A stretch of 64,000 nucleotides of DNA from an uncultured Actinomycetota bacterium. Lineage in GTDB: Bacteria; Actinomycetota; Actinomycetes; S36-B12. Below the pieces are notes generated by a model, which was not told the DNA's origin, searched no databases, and was given only the letters and a program-made list of their open reading frames with translations. Below are positions 23,536 to 33,572 of this stretch, in pieces. The position numbers and the translations under genes were made by a program. Location: assembly GCA_963749905.1 (NCBI GenBank), contig CAVVOF010000003.1, positions 980,235 through 1,044,234 of the forward strand. The letters run 5' to 3'. Position 1 is the stretch's first letter. Each line of letters starts with the position of its first letter.

Positions 23536-24614
23536 GGCGAACCTCCGTCGCTGGTCTCGAGGCGGGACCCACGGTAGCGCGAGCATCGGCCCAGGCCTGC
23601 TCCCGACCATCCACGAGGCGCGCAGCCGCAGCCCCCATCGAGGTGAGGGCATCGGGGCTGCGGGACAGCGTCGTGAGGGCCTCGTTCCACTCGGAGGCGG
23701 ATATGTCCTGCAGGGCCCCGAGGTGCCGCGTGGCTCCCGCAGCCTGGAAGGAGGCGCAGTCAGGCGCCTGGTTGGGGTGTGTGAGGACGGTGAGGGTGGG
23801 CAGCCCGGCCGCGCACCGCTCCCACTGGGCCCCGCCGGGCGCACCGATGGCCAGGTCCGCAGTCTCGAGCAGGGGAACCATCGTCTCCACGTGGTCGAGG
23901 ACGGTGACCGAGCGAAGCGCCGCGGCCCGCTCGTGGACGGCGGCGCGGTCGGGAAATGCAAGGCCGAGGACGATCGTCGTGTGGCCGATGGGGAGCGCTG
24001 GATCGGCGAGAGCATCGAGGAGCGGCTGCAGGTCGGCGCCTTGCGTGGCTCCGCCGAGGAAACGAGCAGATCGTGCACGCGACCATCGCGAGGCTTCGGG
24101 TGTAGCCACGTCGTCGAACGGATCGAGCGGGCGAACCGAGGGCCGTAGCAGATACAGGGGTGCAGGAGCCACGGCCTGGTCGTCGACAGAGCCGGGATAC
24201 CGATCGGGGATCAGCGTCGATGGTGGGATCGATGAGTACGTCGCATCGTGTGAGCCGGTCAGCGAGGTCGTCGATGACGATACGCATGCTCGTGCAGGCC
24301 GAGACCATCCCTCTCCCACGTGGCGGCACAAGCTCGTAGTGGTCGACCACTGCGAGCGCTATGGGCATCAGGTCCGTGACGGCGGCCAGCGGCCAGCGCG
24401 GGCGTCCGAGGCCTTGGTCCGGCTGGTGGTCGATGACGCGCACGGACCACCCGGAGGTCCTCGACCCGGCGACGAGTGCCTTCGGGCACGGACGTGCACA
24501 CCAGGGCGACCTGGCCACTGGTGGGCTGGAGGCGCAGCTGAGAAGTGCCGAGCACCGGACCACGTGCCCGGTCCCGATCGTCTCGTCCGCGTCCGCGCGA
24601 ACGAGCACGCTCAT
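23532..24614 (-). CDS. pseG: UDP-2,4-diacylamido-2,4,6-trideoxy-beta-L-altropyranose hydrolase (frameshifts)
   Basis: VRADADETIGTGHVVRC, VVDHY, VIDDLADR, AIGAPGGAQWERCAAGLP, NQA, VDG; ATGA-coupled to pseI. Confidence 0.85.
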
Positions 24615-25660
24615 GCGAGCAGGTCCCACGCCAAGGGGGTGCCGCGCTCGACGTCGCGCGCCAGAGTTCGGCCGATGACGTCGCCCAGGTGCTTGTGGGG
24701 GCAGGCCATAGCCGGGACGGATGGCCCGGACATCGTCGGCCCCGAGCAGGTTCACCAGCTCGCTTGTCGCGGACTATGTATAGGGATCGTCGGTAGATGA
24801 GGGAGGGAACCTCCTCGGGCGCCGGTCCGAAGGACACGATGCCTCGTGCCCGCCAGGCCCGGCCCGCCTCCTCGACCATGGCGCGCAGTTCGTCGGGCTC
24901 GAGTGAGAACGCGCTGTCGACCGCACCATCGGCTCGACGCAGCGTGACGTGCTTCTCGATGACAGTCGCGCCCAGTGCCACGCTGGCCACCGGCACCCCG
25001 ATGCCGAGGGTGTGATCGGAGAGGCCGACCTCGCAGCCGAACGCCTCGGCCAGCACGGGGATGGCCGCCAGGTTGCTCGCCTCGGGCGGAGCGGGGTAGG
25101 TACTGGTGCACTTGAGGAGGACGAGCTCGGTGCAGCCAGCGGCGCGTGCTGTCGACACGGCCTCGTCGATCTCGGCGAGGGTGGCCATGCCGGTGGAGAT
25201 GATGACCGGCTTCCCGGTGCGTGCGACTTTCTCGATCAGCGGGAGGTCGGTGTTCTCGAACGAGGCGACCTTGTAGGCCGGGACGTTCAGGGACTCGAGG
25301 AAGTCCACGGCGGACGCGTCGAAGGGGGTGCTGAACGCCGTCAGACCGCGGGCACGCGCCCTGTCGAATATCGCACCGTGCCACTCCCAAGGCGTGTGCG
25401 CCTGTTCGTAGAGGGCATAGAGGTGGGACCCGAACCAGGGGCTCTCAGGCTCGCGGATCACGAATCCGGGCACCGTCGCAGTCCAGAGTCATCGTGTCTG
25501 CCGTGTACGTCTGCAGTTTGATGGCGTCGGCTCCTGCATCCGCCGCAGCGTCGACGATGGCTAGAGCCGTGTCGAGCGAGCCGCCATGGTTGCCCGATAG
25601 CTCAGCGATGACATAGGGGGCGTGCTCCGGGCCGATGTCGCGTCCGTTGATGGTGATCAT
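24611..25660 (-). CDS. pseI: Pseudaminic acid synthase (frameshifts near 25470 and 24760)
   Basis: [84 protein letters not shown]. Confidence 0.93.
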
Positions 25661-25669
25661 GGCACCCGG

Positions 25670-26321
25670 CTAGAGCCGGCCCCAGACAATGACGTCGCGG
25701 TTGTCGATGCGCAGGTCGTGCTGGATGTTCTCGTGCGATTCGAAGAGCACTTGGCACTCGTTCAGGGTGCCGAGTCGGTCCTCGATGAGCTCGCAGCTCG
25801 TCGGGGTCGTAGAAGGTCATGGTTGCCCCCTCCTCCGCGGTCTGCCAGATGTTGATCCGGAACGTGTCCCTCTCGATCGGGTCGCCCTTGCCGTAGCGCC
25901 AGTCGTCACGGGTGCGGAACTTGAAGTAGACGTGTGCGCCGGGTGCGAGCGTCTCCCGCGCCTGGGACAGCAGCTCCTCAAGGTAGTGGCGTTCGAAGTA
26001 GAACAGGGAGCCGTTGCCCACTAGGGCGTCGAACGGTCCGTCCAGCGGTGGCAGGCCTTCGCGCAGGTCTCGCTCGACGAAGGCCGATGTGCCGGGCGGC
26101 TCGAGGTCCCAGTTGGCGCGTGCGTTCTCGAGGGCGGCGGCGTCGATGTCCACGCCGGTGACCCGCCAGCCGTACTCGGCGAACAGGCGGGCATTGTTGC
26201 CGTTTCCGCAGCCCAACTCGAGCAGGGAGCCGGGGGTCTGGTCGAGGCCGAACTTGAAGAAGAACTTGGTCACGTAGACATCGGGGAACAGCATCCCGCG
26301 CCACTCGGGGGCACGCTTCAC
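25670..26321 (-). CDS. Class I SAM-dependent methyltransferase, tandem copy B (frameshift near 25815)
   Basis: LLELGCGNGNNARLF, VTGVD; TAGCAT -10 box 7 nt before GTG at 26321. Confidence 0.85.
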
Positions 26322-26351
26322 GCCCGCGATGCTACCCCCGGCCGACATCAT

Positions 26352-27029
26352 CTAGCGGTCAGCGGCATACCTGCCCCACACCACCACGTCCCTGTTCTCG
26401 ACGTGCACGCCGTGCTGGACGTTGTCATGCCGTTCAAGCAACCGCTGGGTGTCGACGAGTGGCTCGAGGTGCTGCTCCACCAGCTGCTGGATTCCCTCGG
26501 GTGTGTAGAAGGTCATCACGGTTCCGGGCAGCTCTCGCCGGTCTCCACGACGGTGAGTCGGTAGGTGTCCTGCTCGAGCAACTCGCCTTGCCCGTAGCGC
26601 CAGTCGTCGCGTGGTGCGCAGCTTGATATGGATGGGAGCTCCCGGTGCGAGCAGGCGGGCGGACCTGCGTCGAGCAAGCCTCTCGAGGTAGCGACCGTTC
26701 GAAGTACAGCAGCGAACCGTCGGCGACGAAGGCATCGAAGGGGCCGTCCAGCGGTGGCAGGCCGTTCGCGCAGGTCTGCGCTCGACGAACGCCGAGGTGC
26801 CGGGCGGCTCGAGGTCCCAGTTGGCGCGTGCGTTCTCGAGGGCGGCGGCGTCCATGTCCACGCCCGTGACCCGCCAGCCGTACTCGGCGAACAGACGCGC
26901 ATTGTTTCCGTTGCCGCATCCGAGCTCCAGCAGAGCGCCGGGAGTCTTGTCGAGGCCGAACTTGAAGAAGAACTTGGTCACATAGATGTCGGGGAACAGC
27001 ATCCCGCGCCATTCGGGGGCTCGCTTCAC
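26352..27029 (-). CDS. Class I SAM-dependent methyltransferase, tandem copy A (local frameshifts)
   Basis: 80 of the first 84 aa are identical to copy B; TAGCAT -10 box 6 nt before GTG at 27029. Confidence 0.85.
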   Translation of the reverse strand: MKRAPEWRGMLFPDIYVTKFFFKFGLDKTPGALLELGCGNGNNARLFAEYGWRVTGVDMDAAALENARANWDLEPPGTSAFVERRPARTACHRWTAPSMPSSPTVRCCTSNGRYLERLARRRSARLLAPGAPIHIKLRTTRRLALRARRVARAGHLPTHRRGDRRELPGTVMTFYTPEGIQQLVEQHLEPLVDTQRLLERHDNVQHGVHVENRDVVVWGRYAADR

Positions 27030-27083
27030 GCCCCGATGCTACCGGGGCGGCGTCGACCCTAGACTCGGCGGAGCGCCGGCAAC

Positions 27084-27103
27084 GAGCGAGGAGCGAGGAG
27101 CGA
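27084..27103 (+). repeat. Short tandem repeat (GAGCGAG) x ~3 containing the RBS
   Basis: GAGCGAG GAGCGAG GAGCGA immediately before ATG at 27104. Confidence 0.6.
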
Positions 27104-27820
27104 ATGACCCTCAGGGACTCCCTCCTCAGGCTGGCACAGGGTGCCGTGTCGCGGACGAACTACCGGCTCGTGACCGGCCGTCTCGCAGACGCCGATCTCG
27201 TGGCGGAGGCCATCACCGGCTGGTCTACCGGGATCCTGCACGTCGGCGGGCACCATGGTCAGGAGTCCGGCTGGTACGCGGACATGGGCAAGGACGTGCT
27301 GTGGGTGGAGGCGATGCCCGTGGCCGCCGCTGCGCTCGCTGCGCGAATCGCTCCATACCCGAACCAGGCGGTCATCGAGGCCTGCCTGAGCGACGTGGAC
27401 GGCGAGCAGGTGACATTCCACGTCTCCAGCAACGACCGTGGCGCATCCTCATCGCTGTTCCCCTTCGGTGAAGCGGCAACGGGGTCGCGGTCGATGTGGC
27501 CCGACCTGGACCTGCGGATGGTCGACGAACTCACGCTCACCACCTCACGGCTCGACACGATCCTTGACCGGGATGTGGAACGCCCGGAGCGCTTCGATCA
27601 TTGGGTGATCGACGTCCAGGGGGCCGAACTTCTCGTTCTTGCTGGAGCAGAGGAGAGCCTGCAGCACTGCCGGTCGCTAGTTGTGGAGGCGAGCTCCATC
27701 GACGTCTACAGCGGCGGGGCGCGGTGGCCCGACTTGCGCTCGTTCCTGGAATCGCGAGGATTCGTTCCGCTCTGGGAATGCCTGGGACACATGGATGTCC
27801 TGTTCGTGCGCAGGCGCTGA
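27104..27820 (+). CDS. FkbM family methyltransferase
   Basis: ILHVGGHHGQE, WVEAMP, FHVSSNDRGASSSL, IDVQGAELLVL, YSGG. Confidence 0.88.
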   Translation: MTLRDSLLRLAQGAVSRTNYRLVTGRLADADLVAEAITGWSTGILHVGGHHGQESGWYADMGKDVLWVEAMPVAAAALAARIAPYPNQAVIEACLSDVDGEQVTFHVSSNDRGASSSLFPFGEAATGSRSMWPDLDLRMVDELTLTTSRLDTILDRDVERPERFDHWVIDVQGAELLVLAGAEESLQHCRSLVVEASSIDVYSGGARWPDLRSFLESRGFVPLWECLGHMDVLFVRRR

Positions 27821-27843
27821 CCGCGGAAGGATCCGACGGCGAC

Positions 27844-30068
27844 TCACGGACAACTCGCCAACCTCAGAATTGATACATCGGGAGCTGACCAGATCGACGT
27901 CGCGTACGGTTCCCAGCTGCGCGTGGCGGTCCGGGCGGGGTCCACCCAGACCCATCGGACACCCGCCGAGCACAGGGCCTGCGCCTCGACTCCGTCGGCG
28001 AGTCGATGAACTCCCAGGCCTGCTGCTCGCGATCGACCAGGGTGGGCAGCTGGCCGGGCCGTCCGTAGGGAGCCTGGTACTGAGTGCCGGAGACCCACGT
28101 GCGCAGGCCGGACAGTGCGGGAACGAGGGGGCTGAAGGTGATGTTGGTCAGGACGATGTCATCCCTCGCCGCCGATGTCCCGTGGCAGCCAGCGCCCGCA
28201 GCCGCCTCCTCGGAAGACCACGCCGGTCTCGCGCACGGTGTCGATTCCGTCGACGAACGGCTCCCGCGGGGTGAACGACGCGTCGCTGAGGCCCGTCGCG
28301 GACTGGACTCCGAACGAGGTGGCTGCCACATCCCAGGAGACGCCCGGGTGCAGCCGCGACGACGAGCACGAGGACCGTACATCGCCAGCCATCGAGCGCG
28401 GTAGGAGCCGCGCAGGGAGCGATGGCGGCTGATCAGGCGACCGACGACGCCGCCGAGAAGTACCCCGCAAGGGCAACTGGTGGTCCCAGCCACCGCAGCG
28501 AGGACACCCATACATTGCCCCCCGACCCCCCGGTCAGCCAAAACGCCGGCAACGACACCGGATAGAGCCAGGCCTGCAACCACCGTCCAGGCGAGCGGTC
28601 GGGTGATCCAGGCCGACCTGCTGGCAGCTCCAACCGCCGCAGCAGCTCTTCCGGCACCTGCGGCACTGATGACGCTGAGGGGAGCTGAAGCAGCCAGGGC
28701 GAACCAAGTGTCGTTCAGCCCGCCGCTGACAAGGAGGACGGTGGCGATTCCGGCGACGGCAAGTCCCGTGCCGAGAAGTGACACCGGCGACCAGCGGGAT
28801 CGGGGACTCGCCGCCAGCCATGCAAGTCCCGACCACCGGACTGCGATGGCGATGGCGAGGATCGCTGTGCCCAGCGCGATCCCGAGCGACGAGTTGAGGG
28901 GGTTGAGACCTTGCACGCTCGATGCGCGGTCGACCAACTGCCCGAGGGCGAGTCCGCCCGGGTCGGCCGAGCCGGAGACGATGAGGAGGTAAGCCGTGAC
29001 CAGTCCAGCGCCAGCCGCAGCAGTGCCGGCAAAGGCACGACCTTGCCACTCGGCGCGGCGGAACGCGCCCGTCAGCCACACGAGACCCATGGCTGCAACT
29101 CCCACGGCACCCGAGCTGATCTTGCCGCCAGCGGTCGCGAACCCCAGGAGGGCGAGGACTGCCGACAGGGGCGCCGTCCGATCGGGACGGCGCAGCAGCC
29201 TCAGGAAGACGACACACATCGCGAGAAGCCACGCGGTGCTGACGGCCTGCGAAGGGGAGTCGAAGTTGAGGATGGTTCCGTACGTTGCTCCGACGTAGCC
29301 ACCGAGCAGCACGAGCGCCACGGCCAACGTCGGTACCCACGGCACCCGGCTCAGTCGTCCCGCCCACGACACCGCGATGAGCACGACCATCGTCGTCGCC
29401 GTGAACGGCAGCACCCGAGTGAGGACGGCGAACGGGTCTGCCGCCGAGGCCTCCGCAACCTGACCTGACCATGCGTAGACCAGCCAGTGGTAGCGCACCT
29501 GGCCGCCGCTCAGGAAGACGCTGTCCAAGGGGCCGTAGCGAGCCATCGAGGTGCTCAGTGCTTCGAAGAAGAGCATGTCGGGGTGGTAGCGCTCCCACAC
29601 GCCCGTCCATGTGAGTGGGTAGTTGGCGAGGTTCACTGCCAGCGACAGCAGCCCGAGCGCGGCGCCGGCGAGCAGCCCGAGAGCGGAGCCGGTGCTGAGT
29701 CGGGCCAACGGTCTCATCGTCGTCTGCCGACCTCGTCCGACTACTCGGCCCAGCACGAGCGCGGCCAGTGCGGCGGCGGCAGGCAGCGCCCATCCCCACG
29801 ATCCGAGGCCGAGGGTGCGCACGAGAAGCCCGGAGATGACCGCGGCCGCGGTCCCGATCGCCAGCCCCAGCCCGGCCAGTTCCAGGACATCCGCTCGACG
29901 ACGGGTCAGCCGACTCCAGGCGTATGCCCCGGCCCAGCCTTGGAGCCCGATCACGGCGATCGCGATGAGGCCCGAGGCCGGAGAGACGCCGGTTGCCAGG
30001 AGAAAGCCGAAGGCGACGATGGAGATCAGCCCCGGGAGGACCCACGGGCGTGTCAGCAGGGTGGTCAT
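27844..30068 (-). CDS. Large polytopic membrane protein, GT-C-like (3' frameshifts)
   Basis: More than 12 TM segments; YHPDMLFFEALS, YHWLVYAWSG, FDSPSQ, GGKISSG; C-terminal extracellular domain. Confidence 0.6.
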
Positions 30069-30841
30069 CGACCCCTCCTGAGCAGGTCCCGGACGATCCA
30101 CAGCCGCCCGAACTGCATGGTCGTCTCGTAGCGCTCACGCCACGCCGACGGACCGGTCGGCGTGAGGATCGCTCGACGAGCCTGGTGGAACTCGGCGACG
30201 GAGGCCTTCCACCGACGGGTGGAGAGCCCGCCCTCGACGAACGTCGCGACGACGGTCTGAAGGAGCAAAGGGTCAGCGAGGAGACTCATGCGCAGGAACG
30301 CTGCGTAGTCGGCCACGATCGGGTAGGCGGGATCGAATCCGCCGACCTGACGCAATAGGTCCGTGCCGGCGAACGTCCCCTGATGGGCGGGGAAGTGGCC
30401 TCGGCTGAAGGCGAGGGACCGCTCCCGGTGGTAGTCCCATGGCGGCGTGACGGTCCTCGTTCCGTCGCGGGAGACGATCTCCACCGGACCGAAAGCCCAA
30501 GGGGCGCCTTGGATCGCCAGCTCCCTCCGGACTTCGCTGAGGACGGCGCGGACCGTGCAGCATGTCACCGGCATTGAGGAAGAGGTGTACGTCCCGGATG
30601 CCTCGGCAAGGCCCGCGTTCATCGCAGGGTAGATGCCTTCCGGGGCGGTCCAGTGGTAGTCCGTAGCCACACCGGCCCGATCCAGCACGTCGGGGATGGC
30701 GGTCCGATCTGCGGACGAGTCGATGATCAGGTACTCGACGCCGTCACGATCCTGTGCCGCGACTGACGCCACCGTCCTCTCCAGGCCGGGACGGTCGTCA
30801 CGGACGACCGTGACGACCGTGAGCCACGGAGGCGAAGGCAT
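30065..30841 (-). CDS. GT2 glycosyltransferase (WcaE-like)
   Basis: LTVVTVVRDD, EYLIIDS, EGIYPAMNAGL, HQGTF, GGFDPAYPIVADY, FVEGGLS. Confidence 0.85.
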   Translation of the reverse strand: MPSPPWLTVVTVVRDDRPGLERTVASVAAQDRDGVEYLIIDSSADRTAIPDVLDRAGVATDYHWTAPEGIYPAMNAGLAEASGTYTSSSMPVTCCTVRAVLSEVRRELAIQGAPWAFGPVEIVSRDGTRTVTPPWDYHRERSLAFSRGHFPAHQGTFAGTDLLRQVGGFDPAYPIVADYAAFLRMSLLADPLLLQTVVATFVEGGLSTRRWKASVAEFHQARRAILTPTGPSAWRERYETTMQFGRLWIVRDLLRRGR

Positions 30842-30846
30842 GGTCG

Positions 30847-31618
30847 TCAGCGGGTCTTGATGAACAGTCGACCCGAGTAGTCGATCGGGTGCATGAAGGG
30901 TCGCTGGCCGCGGGCGGCGAAGTACTCGTCGACAGCCTTGCGGGCACCCTGCCAGTGCCCGTAGTCGTCCAGGATGCACACGCCCACCGACCGCCAGTCG
31001 TGGGTACAGGACCTCAAGCCCGACCCGCGTGGACTCGTACCAGTCGGTGTCGAGACGCAGGACCGAGATGGTCTCCGGGACGTGATGGCGCAGGGTCTCG
31101 GCGACGTCACCCTCGACGAAAGTGAACTGATCCATGGGGTAGCCGGTCGACCGGACGTTCGCCTCGACATCGGCCCGGCCGGCAACGCACCAGACGTTGT
31201 TGCCGTCACCGACGTCTGTGTGCGACAGCATGTCGGCGGCCGTCGTGCCGGTGCCGGCTTCGACGTCCTCTTCGGTCGGAGCCGTCATCCCGGCGAAGGT
31301 GTCGTACAGCCAGATGCGGCGATCGGTGACGCCCAGGGACTGCAGCTGGAGAGCCATCGCCATCACGCTGCCGCCACGCCACACTCCGCATTCGGCGAAG
31401 TCTCCCGGGATCCCCTCTTCGACGACATACCGGACGGCATTGAGGAGGGACCAGAGCCGTTCGGCCGAGGTCATGGTGTACGGACGCAGCGACGCGATCA
31501 GTGCGGCTTGCTCATCGGTCGCCTCAACGGGAAGTCGGCTCTGCTCCGACCCCACTCGTGAGACCACGAGCCCGAACCGTCGCGCGGTTCGGTCGATGAC
31601 TCGCTCGTAGCCCTTCAT
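30847..31618 (-). CDS. TylF/MycF/NovP family sugar O-methyltransferase (frameshift near 30985)
   Basis: YTMTSAERLWSL, GDFAECGVWRGGS, LYDTFAGM, LRLDTDWYEST, ILDDYGHWQGARKAVDEYF. Confidence 0.92.
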
Positions 31619-32637
31619 GCGATCACAGAGTCACGGTAGCGCTGGAGGACCCATGGCATGCGCAGGTAGCGGTCCTTGGTCAACTCGGTCGGTTCGAATG
31701 ACGGGCGTTCGTAGTCCATGCCGAAGAGTGACGTGGCGAACTCACTCTCCAAGGCCAGGCGGTCCCCGGCCGTCGGAGTCTTGCCCTTGTGCAGGCCGAT
31801 GGTGTCGACCGCCATGAGCGTTCCTGCCGGACCGGTGAGTTCAACGATGTCGCCTGAGAGGCCGGCCGACCTCACGGCATCGTCGGTGATGCGCCTATCG
31901 TGACGCAGGGACCAGGGGATACGGCGATGCGAGCCCCGCACGTACACATGGGGTCCGGTGTCCGTCGTGACGTCGGTCAAGTAGACGAAGAACTTCAGGA
32001 AGGACAGTCGATCACGGTCCTGATGGAAGAGCTGCGCGTTCAGGCTCGCATCCTCGGCACGTGCGGTCGTCGTCCACCAGAACGCGACCTCATCCATGAG
32101 GACCGCCTGGCCGAGGTAACGCTGGGCGATGAGTGCGAGGGCAGGGTCCGTGACGAACTCCTGCACCTCGGGGCAAGCGAGCGAGACCGCCTCGTCAAAG
32201 TCATACCGTCCGACGGATGGAGCGTGTCGCGGAAAAGGGGCTGCACGGGTCCCCTCGCCCCGGCCCCGGCAGGGGGCCCGCTCAGCGAACGCACGAATGG
32301 CATCGGTGAGCCGGCGGTCCAAGGTCTGCTGGAAGACGTAGTAGCCGTCGCGTCGAACGCCGGCGACGGCTTGGTCCACCTCGTCGGCGGCCACCAGTCG
32401 ACTCGTCGAGACGTCGGCGAGTTGCCATGCGATCGGCGGACGACGTCGAACGACGAGACGGGATGCGGCCTTGCCCACGCGGGGGTCGAGGTCCATCGCG
32501 GCGCGCATCGCGTACTGGCTGTCGCCGTCGGTCTTGATGGGGGCTTGGGGCTTGCCTTCGAAACGCCGAGCGGCGCGAAGGGTGTGAACCAGTCGGGGAA
32601 CTTGGAGGGCTGAGTCGGCAATGTGTCGAAAATCCAC
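31615..32637 (-). CDS. Phytanoyl-CoA dioxygenase (PhyH) family 2OG-Fe(II) oxygenase
   Basis: FHQDRD (HxD), LKFFVYLTDV..DTGPHVYVRGSH, GPAGT..VDTIGLHKG..R; intact. Confidence 0.85.
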   Translation of the reverse strand: MDFRHIADSALQVPRLVHTLRAARRFEGKPQAPIKTDGDSQYAMRAAMDLDPRVGKAASRLVVRRRPPIAWQLADVSTSRLVAADEVDQAVAGVRRDGYYVFQQTLDRRLTDAIRAFAERAPCRGRGEGTRAAPFPRHAPSVGRYDFDEAVSLACPEVQEFVTDPALALIAQRYLGQAVLMDEVAFWWTTTARAEDASLNAQLFHQDRDRLSFLKFFVYLTDVTTDTGPHVYVRGSHRRIPWSLRHDRRITDDAVRSAGLSGDIVELTGPAGTLMAVDTIGLHKGKTPTAGDRLALESEFATSLFGMDYERPSFEPTELTKDRYLRMPWVLQRYRDSVIA

Positions 32638-32650
32638 CGGCTCAGGGTAC

Positions 32651-33537
32651 CTAGTGCTGAGTCCTGCCCGGAGTCATGGAGCGCTGGTCAATGGGGCCAG
32701 GGGATACGAACCAGCAGTCCCCTGCTCCTATGGCGCCAGTCGCTGTCATTCTCAGCAGGGCCAAGTTCAGTTTCCAGTCAATTGGGAGCACGGGTTCAAG
32801 GGGGATTGACTCGAACTGCTTCAGGAGTCTCGCCACGAACTCCGCTCGGTACAGAATTGCGCAGACGGTGTTCGTGACGGGACGTTCGGCAAATTCCACG
32901 GTTCGCTCGACGCTCCCGGCCCAGACCACCGTCCTATGACGATGAAGGACTCGACCCACGCCGAGCCTCGCCCGAGTGAAGGATTCCGACACATTGACAA
33001 ACGAGGGACGCGGGCCATGTTCCACCATGAGGCCTGCCAGCCTCTCTGCGCAGTCAGATAGGTCCTCGGTCTCGGCATCGTCCTCCAGCACGAGCACCCA
33101 CGCAGCCTGGCTGCGCAAGCCACGCTCCAGAAGGTCTATGTGGGCAAGCTCGATGTTGACTAGTCGGGTAATGGTTGAGACCGAAGGGGGCCGCGTACGA
33201 CGGACTTGACGCCTTCCCCACCTGAGGGCCTGATCCAGGGATGCCCGCAAGCCTGGATGGCCGCCTGCCACATAGGTGTCCCACTGCTGGGCGAGGTTCA
33301 GCTGGCGGAGAGCGAGGCCTGCACCGTGGTCTCGTCGAGGTGGATCAGTGAGGGGTCGAGGAGGTCGGAGGTCTCGATATGGACGACGCTTGACACGCCG
33401 ATCGACTCGAGTGCATTGGACAGGCGTGCTGCCAGGCCCGTGGGACCCTGGCTGGCAGGGAAGCGCGTGCGCTCGTGGCTTACCACGCCGATGAACAGGT
33501 CCGGCGACGCCGCTCCTTCGGCCAGTGATCGCGACAA
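32651..33537 (-). CDS. GT25-like glycosyltransferase (frameshift near 33290)
   Basis: LFIGVVSH, HIDLL, WVLVLEDDA, NTVCAILY, PIDWKLN, QRSM. Confidence 0.6.
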
Positions 33538-33572
33538 GGCGGATGAACCGCCCGGGTAAGTAGGCTAGCGCT

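Noticed and set aside
22849-24078. 409-aa ORF suggesting a PseG-WbqC fusion
   Set aside because: The upstream part is off-frame PseG sequence. WbqC begins at GTG 23535 with a GTGA overlap typical of separate coupled genes.
30065-31618. Apparent 517-aa TylF-GT2 fusion ORF
   Set aside because: A frameshift near 30985 skips the TylF stop. The conserved TylF C-terminus (ILDDYGHWQGARKAVDEYF) and its stop at 30847 are in another frame, and the GT2 has its own ATG at 30841.
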